DNA of 64,000 bases, taken from the NCBI GenBank assembly GCA_002633005.1, contig NMRA01000298.1:411474-475473 (forward strand). The letters are read 5' to 3'. Origin of the DNA: Phoronis australis (lineage: Eukaryota > Animalia > Phoronida). Of the stretch, positions 37,973 through 50,495 are shown one piece after another (positions within the stretch are counted from its first letter, which is position 1; every line of letters begins with the position of its first letter). A model generated the notes under the pieces. It saw only the letters and a program-made list of their open reading frames with translations, searched no databases and was not told the origin of the DNA. Position numbers and translations under genes: made by a program.

Positions 37973-38774
37973 CTGAAAAAATCAAACCATCTCCTATATT
38001 TCAAGCAAAGTCAAAATATGGGCTCAATGAGGCTATACAACAACATTATCTAGTTTAGTTTCCTCAAACACTGTCTAATTAATACAATGTAGATCCCACT
38101 GTGGCCAAAAACTGATGTAGTTATTGATGTGATATTGCAGAAACCGAGGAATATTGCAATTTTGTCAACCAATTTCTTGTTTCTCGATAAGTGAAACTCT
38201 TGCATTATGAACTGGTGAAAAGGAACGGTGTCTTTAAATTTTAAAGGATCAACGTGGTTCCTACGCAAATTGATTTAGTTTCCATAAGTGTTCCTATTTT
38301 ATTAGTAATGCACAAAGATTTTGAAGAATGATGGGTTCCTACGAACTACTTAGGTCGTAAGGCCGCCGTTCAATTTGCTTGTCAATTTGGAAGTTCTGGA
38401 ATTGTCTCCTGGCGATGAATAGTCCACAGACGTCTTGTGTAGTTCAACTTCATACGATGCTCTAAAAGCCTGTTTACGGCCATCCTGCGACAACGGCTTT
38501 TGTTGTGCGTTCGTGATATTCTTGAACCAGCCCAACGATCAGCCTACGAATTTTTGTAAGGTGCCCTGTGATCCTTGTTCAACCACCTTAATGGTGAAAA
38601 AATCGTTCGCCCACGGTGCCCGCACCCATTCGTGATGGTATTTGAGAGAAATAGTTTAGAAATCACAAGAACTACAATGCGGAAGAATCGATTACGAATT
38701 TAAGTGTGGGCTACAGTAACTAAAAACGCAAAACCACGTACTAAATGGCGCTGGTGTTATTTTCCCAGCAGGTG

Positions 38775-39020
38775 GAATGTAGTTCAATCCAGGTTGAACT
38801 GATTTCATTACTGTGGAAATTATTTACACCTACTGTTGAACGTTGATTTTTTTTACACCCAGGTTTAAACTCCTTTCACCCAGCTGAAAAATAATTGCGC
38901 CTGTGTTGAAGTTTTTTTCAAACCTGGGTTAAAACTACTTCAACTTAGGTAGAAACTTCTTTCACCCTGATAGAGCATGTTTCCATTTAGGTTAAAATTA
39001 TTTCTATCTAGTTGAAAAAA
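38775..39020. repeat. Degenerate short-period, partly palindromic repeats (tttcacccaggttgaa-like)
   Basis: ttcaatccaggttgaa, tttacacccaggtttaaa, tttcacccagctgaaa, ttcaaacctgggttaaaa, ttcaacttaggtagaaa. Confidence 0.5.
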
Positions 39021-41732
39021 TAAACGAGCAATTTAACTAAAATAGTTATGGTTCCCTCGAGCCTTCTGTTAGCGTATTGTTGTTCGTGATTGCAACTATG
39101 CAGTGAAATAGAGGGTCCTTTTTCTGGCCGGCTTCAGTGTATGAAGCCGGATGAACAGGTCAGATATTTTTCTACCGTATTTGTATTGTCTTGTTGTATT
39201 ATGAATGGAAATTTTGTAATTAAAATTTTGTTCTCATAAAACTTGTGTTTTTTTGTTCAGTCTTGGCACTCTGCAGGAATCCGTTACCTTCACTCTAGGA
39301 GAGCGTTCAGTAAATTTAGTTTCTTGCGAGAAAATGAACACCTCGCAAGACTGTCCAAAATTACGTGAAGGAATAGCGAGTATGCTCGGGAGCTTCTAGC
39401 AAAACGACAACTGCTGACGTGATTGGTTAGAAGCAAAGAACACACGTCACAAGACTCAATCCTGTCATTGATCACTGTTTGGAGGGTTGCCAAGCTCAAA
39501 ACTGCGGAACCATGGACATCTTAATACAATGTGCGGAACAGAACAAATCGGCTAACGCGTGCGCGCGATGTCACGTGCCCTGAAGTGTGTGTACAGCCTC
39601 TTTGGTTCCCTGTGTGCCTAGCCAGCACGCAAGTGTCACGCAATGGCACGCGCTTTGGTATTGGTCGATGTAACCTCAGCAGTCATTGTTTAGCTTTACA
39701 ACACCGTGAAAAAATGGCGGACTGTGAACGATTTTTAGCCTTGGCATGCAAGTGGCGTCGCAGCAACTATTTCGTTTCTGCAGTTTTGTTTAATAGCCGC
39801 GTGCTTGAAGCACATACATGTGCAATTAACACATATCTGGCCGATTTAATCGGTGTGTTATTCATACCGTGTGAATACAGGACAGTATCGTAAACAAAAG
39901 TCATCGACAGTTGAAATATGCACTCCGAAAAGGGGCAACCACAATTTCTAGGATACATAAATTTTAAGCACCGATTTGTCTGTACAACAGACCACATTTA
40001 CATTTCAGTCCATCAGTCATACCAGTTTGTTTGCGTAAAGCGCTATCTGTTGAAAATTCGAATAGCTAATCAGAAACGCCGGTGTAAAAAAAATTTCCCG
40101 CGGACAATTAAGTGGTACCTGCGCGCTCGCTACTGACCACCTAGCGGCACGCAGGGAACCAGCGAGGTGTACAGCCAGAACGAAGATGGCGTACATTTAT
40201 TTTGCTGCAACTCGAACGGCTGGCAGCCTTCGATGTCATGGTAGCCACACGCGTTTCAGAAGGGGTGCCTTGTACCCTGCGAGCTGCACGCCATCTCTGG
40301 CTGGGTCTCAAAGTTGTGCCTGGATAACACAGGAGTATTGTGAGGATCGATTTCCTTTTGAGTTCGCTCGCTTAGTATTGAAATTGAATTTAAACAGTCA
40401 ACTTGATATTAAAAATACCCAAAATTCAACATTAGGCACAGAAATTGATCAATCAACAAAGATAACTCACTTGTTAGCGCATAATTTTTGTCAAATTATA
40501 GTTGCATACATGTACATGTAGCTCACATTTTTGCCATAGCCATATCATTCCCGACTTGTACCAAAAATCTGTGAAGCTAATGAAACACACTGACACTCTT
40601 GATGTTTTAGATCATGACAAAGCACTTCACTCTGGGTGTTGGGAGAAATTTTGTGCTAAAGCATAATTGAATGTCAGGGAAGTGAAAGTTTCAATCAATA
40701 ATGGAACGCCAGCTGATGCAGCAGCACCACATAGGAAGGGACCCAGGGTCCAAGCTTTGTACTAGAAATTATTTTTGCTAAGATATTTTTCTGTAATTCT
40801 ATGCTAGAGTACACTACAGTGATATGCTCTCATAGTTCAAGAATGATTTTGATGAGTAGATATGTTTTCAAGTTTAAATCAACCCAGTCGAGGTGTTCAA
40901 ATCTATTTACCTGTTCTTGAACCGACTACACTATACTGTTATGGCGAGTCGTGAGCACGACAACGAAGCTGTTGCATCTAACAGCTACAGACCTCGAAAC
41001 TCCACCTCAGTTCCGCGTACTTTCACTGAGCCAACGTCTGCACCTTGAGTACCAGCAGTGGCTCCAGTCAATCCACATTCTACATCACCGTCGGGCTGAT
41101 TCTCGTTATTTTTGTCGGAACTATGATCGGAGTGGTCATCTTTCCCTGTGGGGGGCTGGCCTGCCTCGGGTTCGTTGAGGGTTCGGTCGTGAAATGTGTA
41201 GTCAAGCAGAGATTCCCTTAACTGCTTCATGGGCACGATCTGAATCCCCTCGGCACTTAACTCTTTTTTCTCTAAATAGTGATAACAGCAAAGCAACAAA
41301 ACTACTTTTGGTAAGATTACTATTTCTTTACAATACATGTACCTCTATCAACAATATTTTAGTTCAGAAATCCAGTGCCATTCGCAATACTTGGCGTAAC
41401 TCAGATACGACGGTTACACACTCGTTCATTACGTTTTTTGGTCAATAACATGTGACATACGGTAAAGAGTACACATGTATTTCTAGGATTAGTGAAAGTT
41501 TCTCATTTCAACTTGATTTTAAAAAAACAGTTTTTAAATTGTTTCAACAAGTCATATATAATCTTGACATAAAATTTCAGGGCAAGAAATTTCAGACAAC
41601 TTTAATAGAACTTGAACAAAGTGATGAAGCCTATAAAATTCATAACCTTCGAACAATACAGTGAGTAGTACAAATTTATGGCTGCAACCGAGCTTTAATT
41701 GTACTCTAACCCCCCCCCCCCCACCCCATTTA

Positions 41733-44700
41733 CCGCGTATCAGGGTACCGGCAGTTGAGATGTGAAAGAAAATCAACTGACAAAACCTAGACCTGATAGC
41801 GCCAGGTTATACCCTGTAATGATCACAATACTTTTTTCAAAGTGATATATATTTAATGAAGAATACACAGAACATACAAAGAAATAATAACAAACCCAGA
41901 AACCGCGAAGCATTATATCTGGGTTGTAAACAATTCATAAATGAAACTAATATACTTAGAGGTATATACAATTAGGTAGTATCTAATATAAGTATTCCAA
42001 TACTTAGATATGCTATTAAAAATATATAAAAACAAAAATATGTACAGATTCATTTATGGAAATCAGATGCAACAATATTGATAAACGGTACATAAAAATT
42101 TACTAACGTTGCTTAAGAGGAATTCGTTGAGAACGAGGTTAAGGTTAGGACTACCATTCAATAATAATGTACATGTAACTCTAGTAGGGATATTATTACA
42201 AGAATTGAGAGCGTTAACAATTGATTAGTTTCATTGAGTGCACGTAAGAGTGAGTCTCCCAGGTATTCGATGAGGGGACATTTGAAGAAAATATGAGGAT
42301 AAGATTGATGGTCACTACATTTACAGTTTGGAGAGACATTACTAAAGTTGTGCCTGAAGTTGTCAGAGTTGAGGAAAAGGCCACATCTTGATCTGTACAA
42401 TGCTATTTCGTTATCGCGGGTAAGGGAGAATTGAGTCAAGGGTGTTGAGTTATCGAAATTATGAAAAATAGTTCTAAAATTATTTTTTATACTCGCAAAT
42501 GAGTTGCTTTCCTTAACAGAGACTGGAAGAGAATTGCAGTTGTTGATGCACATCATGACTGTAGACCTTCTGAATGCCTGACTGAACGACGGAGGAATTG
42601 CGTACATGTATGGGGTGGAGGATCTCAAATCACTACGATGGCCTTGTCTAGTGTATAGATCAAATATTTTTGACAAACGTTGTTGACATTGTTTATTACC
42701 TTGAAAGTAAATGTGGTCATGTGAAGATTGCGTCGAGTATACAGTTTGGGCCACTTGAAACTATTCAAAACCTTAACACTATTGGATCCCCTGTAAGCTC
42801 CGGTTATGAGTGAGGCAGCTTGATATTGTATCTTCTCCAAATGTTGGAGTGCACCCGTATTGGCAGACTGATATATAATATCACAATAATCAATGTGTGG
42901 AAGTATAAAGGATTTGAACAAAACTTCTAAAGGTGTAGAGTTCAGATGACAAGAGACAAGCTTAGGTGGGTTAATTAGTTCCTGAGTTTTTTGTACGAGC
43001 TCCCGAACGTGAGGGGTGAATGATAGTTTTTCATCTAACAATATACCCAGATGTCTGTGCGACTGTTTTCTAGGAATGATTTCATCATTAAGTTGAAGGT
43101 CATAAGACGGGTCAACAAGGAAGAGAGCATTAATAGATTTGGAGAAGGTGAGGTCAACGCTTTTTTCTGGTTTAAAATTCATTCTCCATTCTTGTGACCA
43201 ATAGCTGAGTTTATTTAAGTCGTGTTGAAGCTGCAAAAACATTCAGGGCTGCTCCCTGCGAAGGGGTAAAAAGCGCCGTGTCATCTGCATAAAGGTATGT
43301 GCTACATGACAGGTTATCAGGAAGGTCATTAATATAAACCAAGAATAGAAGAGGGCCCAATATGCTACCCTGAGGTACACCTGTGTTTACAAATCCAGGA
43401 GGGGATAAAGTACGCCGTCGACACAAACACTGTATGTTCTTTCGGAGACATGTGAGGTGATCATGTTTAAAAGATTACCAGTAATGCCATAGGATCGAAG
43501 TTTGTGAAGTAGAAGGTCCTGAGGGACAAAGAAGTCGAAAGCAGAAGCTATATCTAGAAAAATGGACCTGACCTCTCGCCCTTCTCAAAATGTAAATTAA
43601 TCTCATGTACTATTTCAACAAGTTGTGCCACGGTGCTGTTCCCACACAAAAAAACAAATTGACAATGATACATCAAGTTGTTTTGTTTTAGAAATGTAAT
43701 AATACTTTGAGCAATGATCTTCTCGAAGATTTTGGACAGGGTGTTCAGTAAAGTTATTAGGCGATAATTTGAAGGGACCATAATTTCATGTTTCCAAGAA
43801 GACGGATATATACCTACCTGAAGAAGTTTGATCACAATACTACGGCCCAGTTGACACAGTCAGCTCTAACAAAAACTGAATAGGGTGACCCAGTCTTGCT
43901 ACTAGGCTATTCAGGGCCGCCTGCAAGGAAGGAGGCAGCACTGGTTTCGCCATGAATAAACTAAATGAAGCAACAGTGGTGGAGGCCCTCCGTAAATGTC
44001 TCCTCGTGGTTTCGGTCAAGCCATCGCAAGAAAGGACGGAAGCATATCTCGACCTCCCCACTGGCGGTGAGCTGCTTCTCCCGATGACGCTGTCGACATA
44101 CCTAGCATGGAAAAAAGAAAAGAGGGGCGTTACTTCTTCAAGAATAAAAACAGCACAGCAAGCGCTAATATTTGAGCCCACGTGTTCAAGCCTTCTACAC
44201 GTGATCACACATCTATTACGCAGTTGTTCTCGAAATAAACATGGACAAACTTCGACGGAAATCTACAAAACTCAGTTTAGTTGAGTTTATGCCACAATAA
44301 AATTACGGGGTGTCTCTTGAACTTTGGTTAGTGCTTAACGCTCATTTCTGAAGTGACTTGCTCAACATGGTTTCAATAAGTTCGGACATGGACCGCCACC
44401 TGTTGAGATCTTATTGAGATTCAGCCAGTCTGAGAATTCAAGCGGAATCCATTAAAAATGGATACTACAGTCACGGTTAGGAGCACCACAAGTCCTTCAA
44501 ATTCCAACGTTGTTCAGTTCAATTTGAGAACTACTGTCTGTGCACTGGCGTTATACTCCAAATTTTGCCAGTGTCTACTACTACCGGTTTTTAATATTTT
44601 TTCATTCATTAGTTCAAGATAAATTGCAAACACGTCAACATCTACAGTTTTGAATTATAGTCAGGCTTTCCTGACGCGCTATTTTAAATACGTGTTTTAT

Positions 44701-47700
44701 TAGTTTTGCTCGATTGTTTCGCGTAGAGCTACACATACAGACGGGATGTGTGAGCGTGTGGACGCTCCACTTAAGTCTGGGGTAAGTTGCAATAGTGCAA
44801 GTTGTTCTAGGGAAGGCTGTGTGTGGACGGGACTTAAGAACTGTATGTGTAGTAAATCAAAAGCACGTTTTGACAAAAGGCCGGTTTATAGCACATTTAA
44901 TTAATTACACAGTGTAATAATTAAATTACCAAGTCCAGCACTTGTCTTGGTGACCTGCAGGTCGCCAATGTAACCTCAGATTGTTTGGCGAACTGGGAAA
45001 ATTCCAAGTTGCCACGGAATCACTACTGTGAGTTTCAAAGTCCGAAAATAATTCCCTCTAAATGTGTTTCAAAGTTTGTGTTGACTTCCAAACTTGCAAT
45101 CACTATCAGTTTTTCTAGATTCATTGCCCTCGATTCGAAATTGTTCCATTTATATCTTTTGAATCAGCGCATTTGGCACCATGCTTACATGTACATTACA
45201 ACAGGAAGTAAACAGACAAAAATTGGGCAATGTCGCTGAAATTCGCGCCACTAGCCAACAAACTTTTACGCCAGATCGGAAACTTCCGCACTCGTTTTGG
45301 TGCCTGAGATCCACAGATTTCGTTTGGCCGCTTGGGATTTTCGCCAGGTCGACAAATGCGACTTGCCGTTTAGGTTATCGTCACGCGCTACTATATAATT
45401 TATTACACAACTAAGCACATTCTTTATATGCATGGGCCTTCAACGGAATTCTCTTAGGAAACTGTTCTTCACCTTTATCAAAACTGTGTTGAAGGTTCAT
45501 TGGACAGTACTATGGAACGAAACTTTTGTTGAATTCACTCAAGATGAATTTTGCCTAATTTGTTCATTACAAAGTACCTGTGTAAAACACCAGGAAGTGC
45601 TGGATCCTGACACAAACGTATGTGTAACAACTGAAATTTAAAAAACAGGAAAATTTTACAAAAATTTCAGCCTGAACCACTTAGGAACAGAAATGGTGAG
45701 ACACGACAATAGTATAACGGCGATAACACAGTACGCATTTCAAAGATTTCTTCAAGGAGAGAATTTTATAATGTTAGTAAAAACATACGGCAGGCTACCA
45801 TCTTCAGATTAGCAGAAATTGTGAAACACTAAAAGGTAAGAAAAATCTGTCACATACAAAAATCAATCCGAACGTTTCCCTATAATGGTGGCGGCTAATT
45901 CTGCTTATCCCCGAAGTGACTGGCAATGAATCACCACTTGGTGTTCACAAGGGCAGGAATTTAAAATTAACACACGTTTGGATAGTCAGGTGTAAAAGTC
46001 ATATTCATCTGTTAATCTTTGACAACGTATGGCCAGTCAAGGTCACTTTGAATTGACCGTCGCAAAGTTCACTGAACTTTGAGAACCGTATATTCAGATG
46101 GGTGATTTCTCTGTCTGTCATCGATTTCTGGTCTTCATCAGAAAAATTCTCAACCTCAATGAAAATTGACACAAACTCCTAGTTAAAACACAAAAATAAC
46201 CCCGGTCAGTATTATCTTGATGAAAATAAAAAGAGCACATCAAAAATCAAGAAATTTTAAAATATACGAAGCCAAAACTGATAGGTTTAGTGACTTTGAA
46301 AGCTTAAGAAATTTGATGTTAAGAAAGCCGGTGAAACAATTTTACTCAAATATAAGGGCGATCAAGGCGAAACAGTGTGAACCGGCAACAGCTGGATATA
46401 ATGTGCCAGCATTTTGAAAACTAGTTTCACACCATGCGTGCACCTAGCCTAACATATAGGGGAGCTCGAATTTTTCGGTATGCGGACCTTTTACTGGAAG
46501 AAATCGACGAGGAGTAAAAAACGGGGCCACAAGGTGCAAACCTACGAATTGTGCGACCGCTCCGACTTCCTGTGGATTTTGTGGACTTTAGTCTCGTTTA
46601 ATCGGACTTTTTGTTTCACTGAGGCGGACCTTTTTACACAATTCGCCAACCCCCTCCCCCCGGTGCACCCATGGATACGCGTAATGCAGTAGAGAAAACT
46701 GTTTCTCAAAATGCACCTGTGTAAGCGAGAAATTCTCCACATGAATTTTGACAGAAATGTTAACTTATTACGACAAAATCTTGACCAATACGTGAAATTA
46801 AGTAATGTGGCGGGACGTTTTGTCAAGGTGTTGTTAAGTCCGACAAAGTTACGTCAATTAAAAGTTATGTCTGGAAGTGGTGTAAATCAAAAGTGGGAAT
46901 CTTTGACACAAGGCAGATAGATTCATTGCAGCTGACAATTCAATAACACAAGTGTGCTGCATATAATCTGAGTGTGAGCTTTTAATGAGAAGTAATTACC
47001 AAAGACTGACAAAAGTTTTGCCCATCAAAAACACATTGGAGGCGACAATAATATTTCAAAATTTTCTTTTTGAAAGTTTGTAAATAGTATATTTGAATAG
47101 TTTGTGAAAGACAAACATGATAAAGTTTTTGAATTTTTAAAATTCGACAAGAAATGTGACTTTTACAACCTAAAACGAGTGTTTAAAGTTCCGAAACCCA
47201 CACATTAATTCCACTGGTTGTGCAACACAACTGGGCAATTATCTCACCACCAGGCACTGCGCAGTTGGATTATGAGGTAATAAACCATATTCAATGGTTC
47301 AGATCAAGTCCTTGAGGAAATTGCTAATTTGTCGCCAGAGGAGAAAAGGAACATTTCCCACGTTGTATGCTGAGGGGTCAAATTTATATCGATCATATTC
47401 TCTCAACAGCCAAGTCAAGACACGCCTATGATTAGTTGAGTATATTAGTTGCTCGAGTAATATCAACGACATTGTTTTAACGTTACGCCTTGGTAATTGT
47501 CGAAATAGCGTCTCTTGCCAAAATGAAAAGTTTACACTTTCGAAACGTGTCATTCTTTTGACATTACAAGGCTTTTACATTAAAGTTAAGACCGGCCCCC
47601 ATGGAAAGCAACGAGAACTGGTGGGGCTCATTGTAAATATTACAAAAATAGATAAATAAAGACCCAAAATAATGCAATCATATTGTGTTTGCGAAAACTG

Positions 47701-48913
47701 TTTTTCAAAAGTCCAGGAAGAAGCTCATATTCACTTAGAGGATTGGCTGGTCAACGTATGGCTGTAAATGAATGACTGGATTTTTTCAAATGAGTGGAAC
47801 TGTACCCAACGTACCCAAAATGGCAACACGCCCATGCAGAGCATTTCTTGCGGTACACCAAATCAAGTGCCAGCTACATGTATTAAAATGGATGCGATAC
47901 AAACGACAGTGTGCGACTGTCCTTTCGTTGTTGAAATGTGGTTCAAAGCAACTACTCGTGCTCAGCTGTGCATTAAACTGTAGTTTCCCATGCTTCAAAA
48001 CCATCAGCATCAATAAACATACACGTAAGCATTAAGTTAATATTTTATGGTTCAACAACAAGCATTTTAACTACACAGGGGAGGAAGACTCGTGGGTTAT
48101 CAAAATGACACATTTCCTCCAACGCTACAAGAAGTGAGTCCTTCGCCACAGGCATCCTTACACTTCGTTTTACGCCTGATCTTTTAGCAAGGCTGTAAGG
48201 TACAACATCTTGTAGTTGAAACTGTTACCAGGAACATGTTGATGTTTATAGCTATCACCGATTTCAGATAGTTTATGAAAAGATGCGAAACGCCTTTATT
48301 TAGTTTTGTCACAACCAATCAAACTACAAGTTGGGAGTTGTTCAACAAAACATTTTTGGGTGTTAAAATCATGTTGCACTATTTTCCTGAAGGCAGTGAC
48401 ATTTGGTTTCTGAGTGTTTGTTCTTCAATTATAAATAGAAGTTTTGGTGTGTTATCATGACATTCAAAGACGTATCGTGTATTCATTTGCGTAGGTTGTG
48501 TATGTATTGTATGCATGCATATTTTATTACTGCTATTGTTTCTATTAATAATTCATTTATTCAATGCTAATATGTTGCCTTTGATGCTAATGATATCTGT
48601 AGTACTTACATTTAACCCTGACATAAAATTTAAAAAATGAAAAATTATTTTTGTATACGAATCTAATCCACTACTTGAGTTACCGACAGCGTGCGTTATA
48701 CACTACTTGCCAATTGTCCCGTTCTTTGCGGCCTATCCCACTTTTTGAATGTACTGCGCCATCCCGCTACACGTCGAAATAGAAATGTTATCATACAGTA
48801 TTATGATTTCTCACGCAACGTAGCCCTGTTTTCCAGTTGAAAAGAAAGAAGGGGGCGTCTGATGGATTTTTTCGGAACCCGTAATTTCCCACTCATCTAA
48901 AAATAAAATAAAA
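41733..48913 (+). repeat. Segmental duplication copy 1 (paralogous to 56273-63832)
   Basis: Colinear similarity from ccgcgtatcagggta to catctaaa..ataaaataaaa with many substitutions and indels. Confidence 0.92.
41833..43828 (-). mobile_element. 5'-truncated, decayed CR1-group LINE (reverse transcriptase)
   Basis: [62 protein letters not shown]; A-rich 3' end; TSD TGATCACAATACT at 41820-41832 and 43829-43841; empty site in the paralog at ~56360. Confidence 0.93.
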
Positions 48914-49997
48914 TAAAAAATAAAATTTTCAAACATTTCGTCTTCGGTCTTAACTTGGCTCGAATTGGTGCCTTAACTTTGCAATTTTTTGGTTTTAAGT
49001 CAGTTTTCATGAAACGGACAATTGATCACCATGGAATTTACATGCAATACGTGTGTGAAAATAGCTGGTAGCCTAAAGTTTTTGGTTGAAATCGGAAACA
49101 CGATCATGTTGTTGTGTTCATTTTTCAAGTGTTTGGTTTGTCGAGCCATAGCTCTGCTTCTTCTGAGGGTTTTTCTGATTTTTTCTACGTAAAAAAGTCT
49201 TTCTATCGGATTTGTGTCATTCACTTTTCGCTAAAAATTACAGTTCTCGAGATTTCCAATGAAAACTATTTGATTCATCAAGTTTCAGTTTCTTGACGGA
49301 TCTTTCTGCAAGTTGGCATCTTGCCAAGCTCTATGTGCCCTGCGGGATCCAGTGCCGATTCAAAGGGATAGTAGGGCCGTCATGATTTATCTGTGCCTTA
49401 TATTTGTATACCTATAAAATGAATTTAAAGTATTTAAGTGCAAACTGATAGACCTCCAAAACAATGGCAGTCCCATGGTCAAAATAACTGTTGAATCCGT
49501 ATAAAGTTTATTGTATTCAATTGATTTCGACCATGTATGGCTGAACCAGGGAGTCGGTGATGAACAGTAGATATTCAACTCAAAGATTCAGAAACCGAAA
49601 TTAGCTAAAGAAATGGTGTTCCCTGAAGCGAAAAGATTTGTAACGTTTGCAATACAGGAGGCACTGAGACAGAAACACAGTTTACCTCGCGTTGTCCAGT
49701 CCTGGTAAATTTAGGAAATGGGTGTACACCATATTATCAGTAAACAGCAACGTCAGTGTGACTTCCAGCCGGACACTCACTTGGCAGTTTCTGAAGTCTA
49801 AAAATTTGGGAAAACGAGTTGATCAACTAATATTCTCCATAGACTGAACAATGAGACCATTTCTGAGGGAGTCGATGTACTAATGTGGCTGGTTTATTGC
49901 TAAGTGTTTCATTTTGTCTGGGACTTGGAAAACTAAATAAACCAGGACCTTGCACGAGTCGTTACACCGGCCGTCAGTCTCAAGTTCGATATCACGC

Positions 49998-50086
49998 ATT
50001 GGATTGGCTGAAGCCATGTCGATCGATATCGTTTTCATTTTTCAGAGGTTTTTGCGTTCTTGTGAAAAAGAGCACGGTTTATAAAA
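49998..50086 (+). promoter_or_regulatory. Candidate core promoter of the PAN/Apple-TLDc gene
   Basis: Two inverted CCAAT boxes (ATTGG 49998, 50003) and TATAAAA at 50080, ~100 nt upstream of caaATG at 50180. Confidence 0.45.
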
Positions 50087-50179
50087 CGCTACGCAGCATC
50101 AGCTATGATACAACAGTAACACTCAGCGACATCTCAACAGACTGAATGAGCACCGATTACTACGAACTATCGCGATCAA

Positions 50180-50495
50180 ATGTCTCTTTTTAATAATATG
50201 GCTATTTTTCTGTTTGCAGTACTGTCTGTTAACCCCACTGAAGGTCAGGAAGAAGGTGTGTATTACGGCAACGGTGCCAAGAACACGCGCATGGACTACT
50301 TAAATACCACTGTGGTCCCCCACCCCATCCGCCACTCGTTCAAATGTGCTGCCGAGTGTTCTCGAGAAGAGTCGTGCGGTGCCTTTGCCTTTAACGAATG
50401 TGAGCAACTCTGTCACAAATACTTCATTAACGACAATTTGCCAGGGACGTTAGTGATTGTAAATGGCTGGACGTACTACAAAAAGCAGTTTGAAA
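50180..50495 (+). CDS. Exon: signal peptide + PAN/Apple-like domain
   Basis: Hydrophobic N-terminus, Cys spacing typical of invertebrate Apple/PAN modules, GWTYY end, strong donor. Confidence 0.75.

Noticed and set aside
40985-41338. 117-aa minus-strand ORF with acidic stretch
   Set aside because: No recognisable domain or supported exon context; possibly a TE accessory-gene fragment but cannot be supported
46118-46150. Hammerhead-like CUGAUGA-agacca-GAAA on the minus strand (also ~58762-58790)
   Set aside because: No pairable stem II or stem I; at best a deleted remnant
43840-49900. Short ORFs in the duplicated non-coding region and their counterparts at 56.4-63 kb
   Set aside because: Frames are not preserved between the two copies and no domain motifs are recognisable
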